A stretch of 59,472 nucleotides of DNA, the filler included, from Sphacelaria rigidula (Eukaryota): NCBI GenBank assembly GCA_964200075.2. It is 8 parts of 8 records of this genome, joined end to end, with 100 filler letters (N's around TTAATTAATTAA, not from the genome) between each part and the next. Parts side by side here need not be neighbours in the genome. Positions count along the whole stretch, not along the records: positions 22,342 to 29,688 come from CAXNAA020015322.1; positions 29,789 to 37,134 come from CAXNAA020015323.1; 6 more parts are not named here. The stretch is one strand, 5' to 3'. Numbering within the stretch: the stretch's first letter is position 1; the number at the start of each line of letters is the position of its first letter. The position numbers were made by a program, and so were the translations under genes. The notes under the pieces are model-generated. The model was given only the letters and a program-made list of their open reading frames with translations. It did not search any database and had not been told where the DNA came from. Shown here piece after piece: positions 25,874-37,234 of this stretch.

Positions 25874-28162
25874 ATGGCCTTGCGTGGTGCTGCCACGGTT
25901 AGAAGTGTTTCCATAGCGACGGCAAGGCGATCTTCCCGTAGGCCACGTGGTGCTGTCTCGGCGCATCTATCGCAATCGAGCATTTCCTCCACTGTTGACG
26001 GACAACAACTACAACTACAACAACAACAACTACAACAACAACAGTGGCAGGATAGGCAGGGCAAGAGACAACTACAACGACCACCACCGTCTCCTCCTCC
26101 ACCACGACAGCAGCAAAAACACCACCAACAGCGGAGCCACAAATCTCAGGATGTGAAGGCCGCCCAGCAGTTCTACGTGAGACGATTGAAACAGGCCGGG
26201 GCTCGCCGCAATTGGGAAGAGGCGGAGAGCATCATGCGGGAAGCACTCGATCGCGACGACGCGCCGTCAGTTGTCAATGTCTACGTCTACAGTGCTGCGA
26301 TAGCCGTTGCTGCCAACTGCGGCAGATGGAAAACGGCGCTCGGGGTGTTGCAATTCATGCGAAATGAGGGAGTCAAGCCCAACGTGGTGAGCTACAGCTC
26401 GGCCATCAAGGCATGTGGAGCCGTGGGTCGGTGGGAGCAGGCTCTGTCGCTGTTGAGAGAGATGCAGAGGGATGGTGTCGCCCCAAATGTGGTGAGTTTT
26501 AATTCGGCCATCAAGGCGTGCGGAGCAGGTGGTCAGTGGCAGCGAGCGTTGTCTCTCTTGACGGAAATGCGTACTAACGGCTTCATCCCGAATGTAGTGA
26601 GTTACAATTCGGCCATTACGGCGTGCGGGTCCAGTGGTCAGTGGGAGCAGGCTCTCTCTCTCTTGAAAGAGATGCAGCAACGTGGTGTCGCCTCAGATGT
26701 CGTTAGTTATAGCGCAGCCATCAAGGCCTGCGGGGACAACGGTCAATGGGAGCATGCCTTGTCTCTTTTGCGGAAGATGGAGGAGCAGGATATTGCCCCG
26801 AATGCGATCACCTACATCTCGTCCATAACGGCGTGCGCGGCCGATGGTGAGTGGTGCGAAGCATTGACTCTTCTGAGAAGAATGCAAGCTCAGGGGATCA
26901 CCGCCGATATCAAGTGCTACAGCTCGGCTATCACAGCGTGCGGAAACGGAGGCATGTGGGAGCAGGCTGTGTTGTTGCTGAGGGAGATGCAAACAAAAGG
27001 CGTTGATCCAGATCTGGTGAGCTACAACTCGGCCATCAAAGCGTGCGGGGACGCCGGGCAGTGGGAGCAATCTTTGGCGTATCTGTTGGAAATGAGGCGC
27101 AATGATATCGCCCCCGATGTTGTAAGCTATGGATCTGCCATTAAGGCGTGCGGGGATAGTGGTCGGTGGGAGGAAGCTCTGTCGCTTTTGGGGGAGATGC
27201 ACAGAGAGGGTATCACCCCGAATGTGGTTACGTTCAATACCGCTATCAAGGCGTGCGGAGACGGCGGCCAGTGGAAGAAAGCGGTGTCGCTCTTGCAAGA
27301 GATGCGACGGCACGGCATCGCCCCAGATGTCATCAGCTATACCTCGATGATAACGGCGTGCGGGACGGGTGGCGAGTGGGAGCAGGCTTTGTCGCTCTTG
27401 AGGGAGATGAAGGAGCAGGGTATCATCCCGAACGCGGTCACGTACAATGCGGCGATCAAGACGTGCGGGGACGGTGATCAGTGGGAGCAGGCTGTATCGC
27501 TCTTGAGAGAGATGCAAGAGGGCGGCGTCGCCCCGAATGTAGTGAGCTACAACTCGGCCATCACGGCGTGTGGCAATAGTGGTCAGTGGGAGCAGGCTGT
27601 GTCGCTGTTGAGGAATATGCGACGACACGATGTCCCTCCAGATGTTGTTAGTTATAGCTCAGCCATCAAGGCATGCGGGGACAGTGCTCAGTGGGAACAG
27701 GCTGTATTGCTCTTTGAGGAGATGCAGGCAGAAGAAATCGCGCCGAATCAGGTTAGCTATAGCTCGGCCATCATGGCGTGCCGCGAGGGCGATCAGTGGG
27801 AGCGGGCGTTGGCGCTGTTTGGCGCGATGCAGGAGGACGGCGTCGCCCAGGACGTTGCGAGTTATAGCTCTGCCATCGCTGCGTATGGTGATGGCGGGCA
27901 GTGGGGGCGAGCCGTGTCTCTACTGAAGGAGATGAATGGGCGGGGCATCACCCCAAATGCGGTGAGCTACACGTCGGCGATCGCTGCGTGCGGCAAGTGC
28001 GGCGCATGGCGGGAAGCTATAGCTGTTTTGAGAGACATGCACAAAGAGGGGATAGCTGCTCCGAATCTTTGCACGTACAACGCGACCATCTTGGCTGTAC
28101 GGGGCAGCAGTGCAACTCTGGGGAGTCGAAAAAGTGTTGCCCGGGTTGCGTTATCATCGTAG
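25874..28162 (+). CDS. P-class pentatricopeptide repeat (PPR) protein, 762 aa, intronless CDS, probably mitochondrion-targeted
   Basis: 17 contiguous 35-aa repeats (VVSYNSAIKACG..GQWEQALSLL.EM...G..PN/D). Arg/Ser/Ala-rich N-terminus without acidic residues, then a poly-Q tract. The ATG follows a tttttttcacag acceptor. Confidence 0.95.
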   Translation: MALRGAATVRSVSIATARRSSRRPRGAVSAHLSQSSISSTVDGQQLQLQQQQLQQQQWQDRQGKRQLQRPPPSPPPPRQQQKHHQQRSHKSQDVKAAQQFYVRRLKQAGARRNWEEAESIMREALDRDDAPSVVNVYVYSAAIAVAANCGRWKTALGVLQFMRNEGVKPNVVSYSSAIKACGAVGRWEQALSLLREMQRDGVAPNVVSFNSAIKACGAGGQWQRALSLLTEMRTNGFIPNVVSYNSAITACGSSGQWEQALSLLKEMQQRGVASDVVSYSAAIKACGDNGQWEHALSLLRKMEEQDIAPNAITYISSITACAADGEWCEALTLLRRMQAQGITADIKCYSSAITACGNGGMWEQAVLLLREMQTKGVDPDLVSYNSAIKACGDAGQWEQSLAYLLEMRRNDIAPDVVSYGSAIKACGDSGRWEEALSLLGEMHREGITPNVVTFNTAIKACGDGGQWKKAVSLLQEMRRHGIAPDVISYTSMITACGTGGEWEQALSLLREMKEQGIIPNAVTYNAAIKTCGDGDQWEQAVSLLREMQEGGVAPNVVSYNSAITACGNSGQWEQAVSLLRNMRRHDVPPDVVSYSSAIKACGDSAQWEQAVLLFEEMQAEEIAPNQVSYSSAIMACREGDQWERALALFGAMQEDGVAQDVASYSSAIAAYGDGGQWGRAVSLLKEMNGRGITPNAVSYTSAIAACGKCGAWREAIAVLRDMHKEGIAAPNLCTYNATILAVRGSSATLGSRKSVARVALSS

Positions 28163-29797
28163 TGATTTTTGTCCCCGAGAGTTGTGTTCATTATCGCTGC
28201 TGGTGTTCCGTCTGCGGATCATGTTTGTCCCTGTCGTCTAGACCCTAGGATGTGCTAGACGCACAAGCAAAGTTTGTACACGGCACAGGGTTCGGCGGTG
28301 AATGATGCCGGGTGCGGGAGAGCCACCACGCAAAAAAAAACAGTAGCCGTTGGTCGTCTCAACCTCAGGCAGACAGATAAGATTGTACGTCCGCACACCT
28401 ATATTGCACTTATTTCGGGGAATGGAGTATGTGACGAACATACAGCAATGAAGTTTTGAAATAAATAAAATCGGATCTGGGGAGGGGGAAATGTGAAGAA
28501 CATACGGTAATAAAACTGCGAAGTAAATAACGATGCGGGGTCTCTTTTTTCATTCTCATAATTTCGTTACTGTATGTATGGAGTTCATAGAGGTGCGGGT
28601 GAAACTGTTTCCTGTGGCGGCAGGTCGCTGCCGGAAAAACCCTGTAAGTCTACTGACGTTTTGTATAACTTGCAGTCACCATCACTGCTTCCTTCAATGG
28701 GGATGACCCGCTGGTGGTGGGATTGAGGGACAGGCAGCGAAGTCAGTCCAATCGGTCTAACGGACGTGTTTTCACGTCCGCCTATTAGTCGGGTTTACAG
28801 AGACCGTTTTACAGCGAGTTTTAGAGGCACTTGCTCGTGCAACTATCATCGCCGGGATTGATTTCTCGCGATTGATTCGCTTTGGCGGGGCAAGAGAACA
28901 AGTTGTTGCGTCCAAGCCAACGCGATCACCCCACCTGACCAGTTTCCGTGGGTGTCATACGGGGTATATCACCCGGGGTAACTGATACAATGACCGCGAT
29001 TTTCGTTTCATCATCACATTAGCCCTTTTATCTGACTCGTGATCGAGATGCAACAATTTCACCAACACAAGGCACTTGTCCAATGAACAATACCACTAAA
29101 GACCAGAAAAAATATAAAACGTCGATAATGATGGCGTTCTATAGCAAACGCCTCGTGCAGAATCACAGCCTGAAACGCGTACCCATGTACGCGACAAGAT
29201 CTCTCTTTTCATTCCGGCACACACACCAGCATGGCGCAACAAGGCATAATCTAGTGTTTCCTGCGCACACAGCACAGGGACAGTGGGTGGACCCATACGG
29301 GTGTATTCAGGGGGAAACACATATTGTTATACAGGCCTCACCAAAAGGTGACGATGATGCTTGTCATCATTCAGAGACAACCTCTCTACACTACAATTGA
29401 AGCTCAATGCTTACAAAAGCGGCGTACCCGCGAATGAACACTTTTTTTCCCGGTAGAACTACAGTAATGTTTCGTACAGGGGTGTTGATATATATATTTA
29501 CATCCTGGAACTAGTTCAATCAAGGACTTGAAGAATCACTTCCGGCTCCGGTTCCTGCAGGTAATGAACTTGCTCCACCTGGCTTGAATTTTGCGAAAAT
29601 TGTGGCCGCGAAGTCGCGACCCTAAACAGTGTTTTCGTGAGATTGAGAGTAGATGATACGATTGAGAGTGGCTTTGATCATTCGCTTTNNNNNNNNNNNN
29701 NNNNNNNNNNNNNNNNNNNNNNNNNNNNNNNNTTAATTAATTAANNNNNNNNNNNNNNNNNNNNNNNNNNNNNNNNNNNNNNNNNNNNCCCGCCGCG

Positions 29798-29838
<41 letters not shown>

Positions 29839-29848
29839 GGGGGGGGGT

Positions 29849-30105
29849 GTACTCACGATGTCGCACGCCATAGTCATATGACCATTGACCTCTCATCCCT
29901 ACAAAGCCGGGACGGAGCACCCCCGGTTTTCGCCGGACCAGGCTTACACTCAATCACCAAGCGCAAGGCGCCGTGGTGTGTTCGGCGAGTCACGTTAAGG
30001 GTGACCTGCATCCTGCTAAGATTGTTTGGCTTGAAAGCATACTGACTATCTTGCATGCTAAGAGGACAGCCTCCAATGAGTTGCTTCATTTTCTGGTGTC
30101 GCCAT
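29849..30105 (-). mobile_element. 5'-truncated copy of the ~520-bp SINE-like element, ending in poly(C)
   Basis: Homologous to ~31230-31483 and 35309-35560; ends catcgtgagtaca followed by ~50 C on the minus strand. Confidence 0.85.
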
Positions 30106-30205
30106 CCCGAGTTGGGGAAAGGGGTTTGAAGAAATGGCGGGAAAAAAATGAAGAAAAAAAAAAACGCGCGGATTTGTTCACCCACTATTCTTGATGTACT
30201 CACAC

Positions 30206-33200
30206 CTGAGAGGCCGCTGCCGACTATACACAGTTGACCTCCAATGACGAGATCCATCTTCATGTAGTCCAACTCGCCGTTCACAAACGTCGGGTCCATC
30301 TGCAGCACCTGGAAAACCGCAGCGGCTTTTTTCTGTCCCGCGCTGCACCTGTGCATACCGCAAGAACCGGTGCATGCGAGGCAGGAGAAGCAATGGCGCG
30401 CGAGGACGGGGGAACGGGGGAACGGGGGGTACTCATTCATTGCTTGCCTTAGTCGTTTGACCCTTGACCACGCATTCCTTTCCAGACGGAGCACCGTTCC
30501 TACTCCTGATTGAGACACCTTCAACATTTCGGTGCTCATTACGTCTCTTCCATACATTACACAAAAACCTCTTACATATCTTATCCCCGTCCTGTTTCGC
30601 CGTCTCTGGCCACCATCTATCCCCTAGTATAGCCATCGTTTTCTCCCTCCTGTCTAGTGCATCAAACGATTTCATGTTACCTTCGTTCACCTCCCGCATT
30701 TCCCACTCTAGCACGCCCAGTTCCTCCTTGTATAGTTCACATTATTCCATCGTGTGACTTCTACTCTCTATTGCTTTGGCACAGGGGCAGTTCTGTGCAT
30801 CTGCTTCTTCATCCTTTCGATTACTGGTATATCTCTTCCTTTTTTTCCGGCAGGTCCAGGTTCCCCACCCGACGGGGGACGAGAGGGTCAATTTCTATGG
30901 CTTGATCAACCCCCACCACCACAATGATCATAAGATCCCGGCGTGCTCCGTCCCGGCTTTGTAGGGGCAGACCCTCTACGCGGTTGGCGTCGGTTGGCGA
31001 TGACGCTGTCAAACACGACACTCGCTGCGTAAGCTAGGCAACCAGGCTACCGTTTGCGTTTTTGCGATCTTGCGTTTTTTTTTGCGGTAAGCATGATGGT
31101 AGTCGAGCTAGATCATGTTGTGCAGCGTGGGAGAACCTCAACTCCGCACAAAGGGGATGATCGTACTACGTAGTGTTTATATGGTGAGACACCCATAAGA
31201 CAGTGTATAAGCCGTGACTGTCTCTGCAAGTGGCAATACCAGAAAAAGAAGCAACTCATTGGAGGCTGTGATCCAAATACAAGATAATCGGTACACCTCG
31301 GCTGAACGATCTTGGCAGGATGCAGGTCACCCTTCATGCGACTCGCCGAACACACCACGGCGCTTCGCGCTTAGTGGTTTGAGTGCAAGCCTGGTCCGTC
31401 GAAAACCCGGCGTGCTCCGTCCCGGCGTTGTAGGGATGCGAGGCCAATGGTCTTGTGGCTATGGCATGCATGATCATGAGTACATCCCCCTTCCCCTCCC
31501 CTAGCCCCTGAAGGGGTGGTTTGGATCACGCCACTGGTTCATTTCAATACGCTTGTACTCGTATGTTCTCCCTATCCTGCAGAGGAATGGGGTAGCTTTT
31601 TTACTTGAAAAAGTGCACACTCCGCTCGCCATCCGTGCGTGCCATGAAGGTACACGTAAAAATAAATTCTGGCTCTTTCGGCCGAAAAATATCGGTCAAT
31701 ATATTCGTCACGCAAAAAATGGATACGTCCGCTATCAATTTAACCGCAACTGACCACTAAATAGACGTACGCACTCCAAGCACTATTATATATACACACA
31801 TACATTTAGAGGAGGAGAGACGCGCGGAAGGGGACGCCAGCAGAGAAAGGAAAGAACAAACAGAACAAATGAATGGGGGGGGGGGGGGGGTAAAAAACGG
31901 AGTGAACAGAGAGACTCCGGATAACAACGAGACTACACCTGTAAACCCAAGCCTTGTAAACAAGCATCTCTGCCTTCTTCGCCTTTTTCTTGGCTTCGTC
32001 TCGCAGCTCGAACAGGTGCCGTGTGACGGCGGGGTCTTCGTCGATCATGTTGAACTGCGTGGACAGAGAAGGCGCCCTGACAGAAAAGAGAAGTGGGATG
32101 ATGGACAGAGAGACAAGAGACCGACATGGGCAAGGACAGATGAGGACAAGACGGACAGACAGAGAGACGAGAGAGACAGGCACAGACGAGAGAACAACAG
32201 AGGGACAGCGAGACAGAGAGACAGAGAGACAGGGAGAGAGACAGACAGAACAGCAGACAGAAGGAAACGGAGACAGACAGACACAGACATCAACCGAACA
32301 GAAGAAAAAAAAAAGGAGGTGAAGGCAAAAGACGGCGTGGCACTGTATCGGTAACGTAGATGATAATGCTGCTGGTGATGAAATCAGTCCACACGTATTT
32401 TTCTTGACCCCTTGGGAGCCCCCCCCCCTCCCGTACCCGGTCCAGACGCCTCATTATTTCAAGCGCTGAGACAAAGAAGAAAAGACGGGAAGAGAAAGTA
32501 CCGACAACAACCATTTTTACGGCGGAAGGCCACGGAAGAATCCACCGACATACGTCATGCTCGCACCAAAATATCGCCCCGGTGCGGTCGGATTAGTTTC
32601 AAAGAATGAGGCGACGCAACGAGTCAAGTATGTTGAACTTTGTGCACGCAGCAAGAACTAGCACCGCGGCCTCTGAATTCCATACAACTAAAATCAGCAC
32701 CGCCTGTATATTTTTATATATATATTTAGTCCCGTGTGGCACTGCGGCACACATTATTTAGATAGGTGACGCACCCCACCGGAGTATTATTTTGCTGCAG
32801 TCCGGAGGTCGTACCCGCCGAACACTTGGCAAGCGTGCTAAGCCACATCACAGAAACGAAGTAGTATGGTCAAGCACACAGAAATACCCTCACCACACGT
32901 GGAGGGATTGAGGTGCGATACAGTATTTACGCGATTCACCGCCAGTTGGAAAGCTGTTGCGGGTCTGAAAAACACGCCTCGGGCAAAACAGTGGTCCGTC
33001 AAAGCTGGAAACAATCAACCATGTGTTGTTAAAAAAACAGCACTTTTCCAAGGGCAGGTCGAGTAGAGTATGTACTTTTGAGTACTCGAGTATTTACTTT
33101 ACTCCAATTTTGAGTAGGCCGAGTACGACCTCAAAAACTCTGCTCCAATTTTGAGTAAGCACTCTCAGTAATACTCGAGTATAGAGTATCACGGGAGTAT

Positions 33201-36200
33201 GACCTCAATACTTTACTCGAATTTTGAGTAGGGCGAGTACGGTCTCACATACTCGACTCGATTTTTTAGTAGGTCAAGTACGACCTCCAATACTTTACTC
33301 AAATATCGAGTAAGCACTCTCAGTAATACTCGAGTATAGAGTATCACTTGGGTATGGTAGGTATCCGTGACCGTCGGTGGCTTCGTGACGTCACTTCACC
33401 GACTATGTTGAATACATGGGCGAAAGATGGTCATCAATTAGATGGGTGGCGTTACGTTACAGGCTACAAGGAGTATGAGCGAATGATGGCAATATAGAAA
33501 TGAAACAAAGCGTGCAGGTGAATGAACAGTGAACCTACCTGCCCCAGCACCCCATCTTACCAGCCCCCACCCACGGCAGTATATACTCGATACCTCTTAA
33601 CCTCTTCGATGTCACTTTCAGTACAGAGCGCTACTCATTATCATTGAGTAATCGAGTAGACGGGTAGTCGAGTAGGTATTATCAAAACGAGCGACTAAAC
33701 TGGCCACACATGTAACTCCTCCATGGGAGAGTCAGCAGTGGAAACAGTGCAAGACGCGGAAAAATCGGAGCAGTCGCCAGAGGAAGGAACGGGAGACGTT
33801 GCGACGGGGTCAGGAGTGATGGACCTGACCCCAAAAGAGGCTCCGGCGGTCTGCGTTGTAGAGGCGGCCCCCGTGTACACGGTGTCGAGTACGGCCTCAA
33901 ATATTCTACTCGAATACTGAGTAGGTTGAGTTTGGTCTCAAATACTCTACACCAATTCTGAGTAGATCGAGTACGACCTCAGATACTCTACTCAAATTTT
34001 GAGTAAGCACTCTCAGTAGTGCTCGAGTATAGAGTATCACTTGAGTATGACCTCGAATACTCTCCCGAAAAATTTGAGTCGATAGAGTGAGTACGACCTC
34101 AAATACTCTACTCAAATTTTGAGCACCAAAACCATGACTCTTCGAAAATATTGAGTATTGAGTATACTCTACTCGACCTGCCCTTGCACTCTTCCACAGT
34201 CGGTACCAAAAAGGTTAAGATATAGCCCTGCTTCGACCGAGAATAACACTTATGGAGTGCCTACCTACTGCCCTCGTGGAGAGGAGAGCGAGTACCGAAA
34301 GCCATATTGCATTTGAAACGCAAGAGATAAACAGAAAGGCAAACAAAAAAAGAGAGAAAGAGAGGAAGAGTATGAAAGTGGTGCTTGCTCAGTCGGTCCT
34401 CTGCAGATGTACCCGGGGGAGCGAGAACTTGACAAAAGCCACATTGCATCCGACACGAAACAAACAAACAAAAACAAAAAAAGGGGAAGGAAATAATATC
34501 AAATAGTGGCGCTCAGTCAGTCCTCTACAGATCTTTGCCCTGTGGGAACCTTCTTCATAGGTACCTCTCCTACAAAAAAACACGGGAGAACACACACGAA
34601 CACAGTAACAAAAAATAACAAAAGACTTACTCAGTGCTGGAGTAGCCCTTGATAATTTTGCTGACCAATGAAAACGAGCTCATGGTGAGGTTGATCGCCC
34701 CAGGAATAGAATTGGGCTTCGTGATGATGGTGATCACAAACTGGGGCAGGTCCTCCAAAACCACGTTCGCGAGCATCTGCAGAACTCGAGTTGGGTGGAA
34801 GTGGGGCCAGAGGGTGCGCATGACTATATTTAGGGGAGCAAAGAAGGTCATACAGCGCCGTAAAAATGTTTTGAAAGCACAATCTGATATATTGTGCGTG
34901 GAGACCGTAACACGCCTGACGGAACGTCATCGCCCGAAACCAACACATCCTGGACGATAGGTTAAATTTTCCAAAAATGTACTGCGTACAGTATGGAATG
35001 TATTTTCTGTTGCAATAGACGCAATAGTCGATATTAACTGTACGCAGTATACTTTTGGACAGCGTGATCTTTTGTCAAGGGTGTATATAAAAACTGATGA
35101 GACGAAGCGAAAACTGAGAATTGAAGAAAAACGAGAGATGAAGAATTGAGGAATAAAAAAAACTGCGAGATGAAGGGTAAATTAAAAAAAAGAAGAAGTG
35201 AGAAACAGAGACGAAATAATTTTGAATTGAATCACCATGTGATTCGTCCAATTCATGATATTTCAACGTAGAAAGCGCAAGCATTGATCGTTGCACCGAG
35301 GAGGGGGTGTATTCATTATCATGCATGCCATAGTCATCAGACCATTGACACCGCATCCCTACATAGCTGGGACGGAGCACGCCGGGGTTTCGCCGGACCA
35401 GGCACTCAATCACCAAGCGTGAAGCGCCGTAGTGTTTTCGGCGAGTCGCATGAAGGGTGACCTGCATCCTACTAAGGTTGTTTGGCCCGAACCATATTGA
35501 TTATCTTGCATTCGCACGTCAGCCTCCAATATTTTGCTTTTTTGTCTGGTATGGCCACTTCCAGAGACAGCCACGGCTTATGCGCTGCCTCATTGGTGTC
35601 TCACCATTAAACAATACGTGGTAAGATCACCATCCCTTTTGTGCGGAGTTGAGATTCTCCTACGCCACACAACATGATCTGGCTCGACCACCATCACGGT
35701 CACCGCAAAAAAAGCGAGCGCGCAGAAAGAGATTGGTAACCTGGTTGCCTAGCATACGTAGTGGGCGGCGTGTTTTACAGCACCGTGGCCAACCGACCCC
35801 AACTGCATAGAGGGTCCGTCCCTACACACCCACACCCACATGAATATCATTACCGACCACAGGATGCCTAGCTTGGAGAGGGAGCAGCGAATTCCGCGAT
35901 ACCCAGCGGTTGCGTCACCGCAATGAGGACCGCGAAAATTACGCCATCAACTATGGCTGGCAAATATTTTTCTTGGCATGGTCCTTGCTTTCCTTAGATT
36001 AAATTTTCATCTCAATTTCCAAGATCTATACTTGTTCCACGTGGGAACTTGCCACACCCTGGACAGTGACGATATGTGGTCAAAAGATGCATCAGACAAA
36101 ACATGTACTGCATCAAGTATAGGCATATTACCACCATTGACGGCCGACAACCGTTGCAATAGGATTATACGTTACCCAGTACACTTCTCGTCTAATACAT

Positions 36201-36730
36201 CTCTTAACCATATATTGTTCACGGTATGGTGAATTCAAATGTCTGCTCTCAATACGGAGTAACTCGTCGTTTTTGAACATCTCACACTTGAATTATATGG
36301 TATTAACCCAGCGGTATATTTTTCCACTGGACGGGTCATATCGCAGAACTGACCCAACTCATGACTTGTCCGACGTGTGAAATACAGTTTTTCCCAGAGC
36401 TGTCATCTGTACTGTAGCCACAATCCCCTGTTCTCAGAAAACATAAGCGCTAACCTGCCAACCGAGCGCAACGTGCTCCAATCGCGATGCCGGGTTCCCG
36501 CGCCACATGACCCTCAGTTTGCTCAGCAGCGCAAACTCCGTGACACCCAGGGCCCACATCACGGTACCCGAGATCGCGAACACGAGGCCCGCCTTCTGCA
36601 GGTAGAGAGGGAAGTTGATGAGGACGATCTCAAGGAAACACCAGTCCGACACCAGATCGAGGTCGGAGATGAAAGACGACAGCACCCCTAGCGCGGTCAA
36701 TCGGGACTTGATGGTACGCCGCTTGAGGAT
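30206..36730 (-). CDS. Partial multi-exon membrane protein with XK/Xkr-like motifs; exons 36730-36455, 34776-34631, 32076-31939 and 30348-30206 (or 30204)
   Basis: All three internal junctions are GT-AG and phase-consistent (0, 2, 2), giving one open frame. Motifs SDLDLVSDW and LEDLPQ lie in hydrophobic helices. Both ends are missing from the block. Confidence 0.8.
30430..30905 (-). mobile_element. LINE 3' fragment (ORF2 C-terminus with CCHC-like knuckle)
   Basis: RVGNLDLPE, CPCAKAIESRSH...C and ILGDRWWP...KASNE-stop; the stop is followed only by GTA and a C-rich tract. Confidence 0.85.
30961..31483 (+). mobile_element. ~520-bp SINE-like / non-autonomous non-LTR element, apparently full length
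   Basis: Co-linear with 35309-35825, with the same 5' start (GTAGGG.C.GACCCTCTA); its 3' ~70 nt are homologous to the LINE 3' end; followed by atcccccttcccctcccc. Confidence 0.85.
32100..32300. repeat. Degenerate GACA/GAGA microsatellite (intronic)
   Basis: Runs such as gacagagagacagagagacagggagagagacagacag. Confidence 0.85.
33049..34186. mobile_element. Non-autonomous hAT-type DNA transposon, 1138 bp
   Basis: Perfect 23-bp TIR caagggcaggtcgagtagagtat; 8-bp TSD cacttttc/cactcttc (one mismatch); dense subterminal gagta/tactc repeats. Confidence 0.9.
35309..35825 (-). mobile_element. Second full-length copy of the ~520-bp SINE-like element
   Basis: Reverse complement aligns with 30961-31483; ends gataatgaataca-ccccctcc. 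Confidence 0.85.
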
Positions 36731-37234
36731 CTGAAGTCGTTGCGTCGGAATAAAAGAGAGAGAGGGGGGGGGATGAGTATTGAATTCGGGAGGGAAAATG
36801 AGTGATAGGTCAAGTTTGCTCATGAAATAGAGAATAGGCATGCATCTCTGACTGCCAAACAAAAGGGGTAAATATTCAGCCGTCTTTTGCGGGAGGAACA
36901 TTGCTGCACATGCACCAGAACCAAACCACAAGGCCAAGCGACACAGAGTCCGCGTACGGCACGCAAGACTCGTTACCAAATTGGGCTGTGCATCGTGGGC
37001 CTCAACAATACCATCGCGCGATCCATCACGGGAAAAAAGACGAGGGGGGGGGGGGGGGGGGGGGTTCCCTCCCGGCACGGGGCAAGGGGGGGGCGAACCC
37101 GCGCCGATCTTGGGAAAGTTTATGGCTTAAATAANNNNNNNNNNNNNNNNNNNNNNNNNNNNNNNNNNNNNNNNNNNNTTAATTAATTAANNNNNNNNNN
37201 NNNNNNNNNNNNNNNNNNNNNNNNNNNNNNNNNN

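Noticed and set aside
26267-27628. Long antisense ORFs (137 and 311 aa) over the PPR gene
   Set aside because: Shadow frames of a GC-rich repetitive CDS.
33049-34186. Spaced gagta repeats resembling a CRISPR array
   Set aside because: Irregular, bounded by TIRs and an 8-bp TSD, eukaryotic context, and no cas genes.
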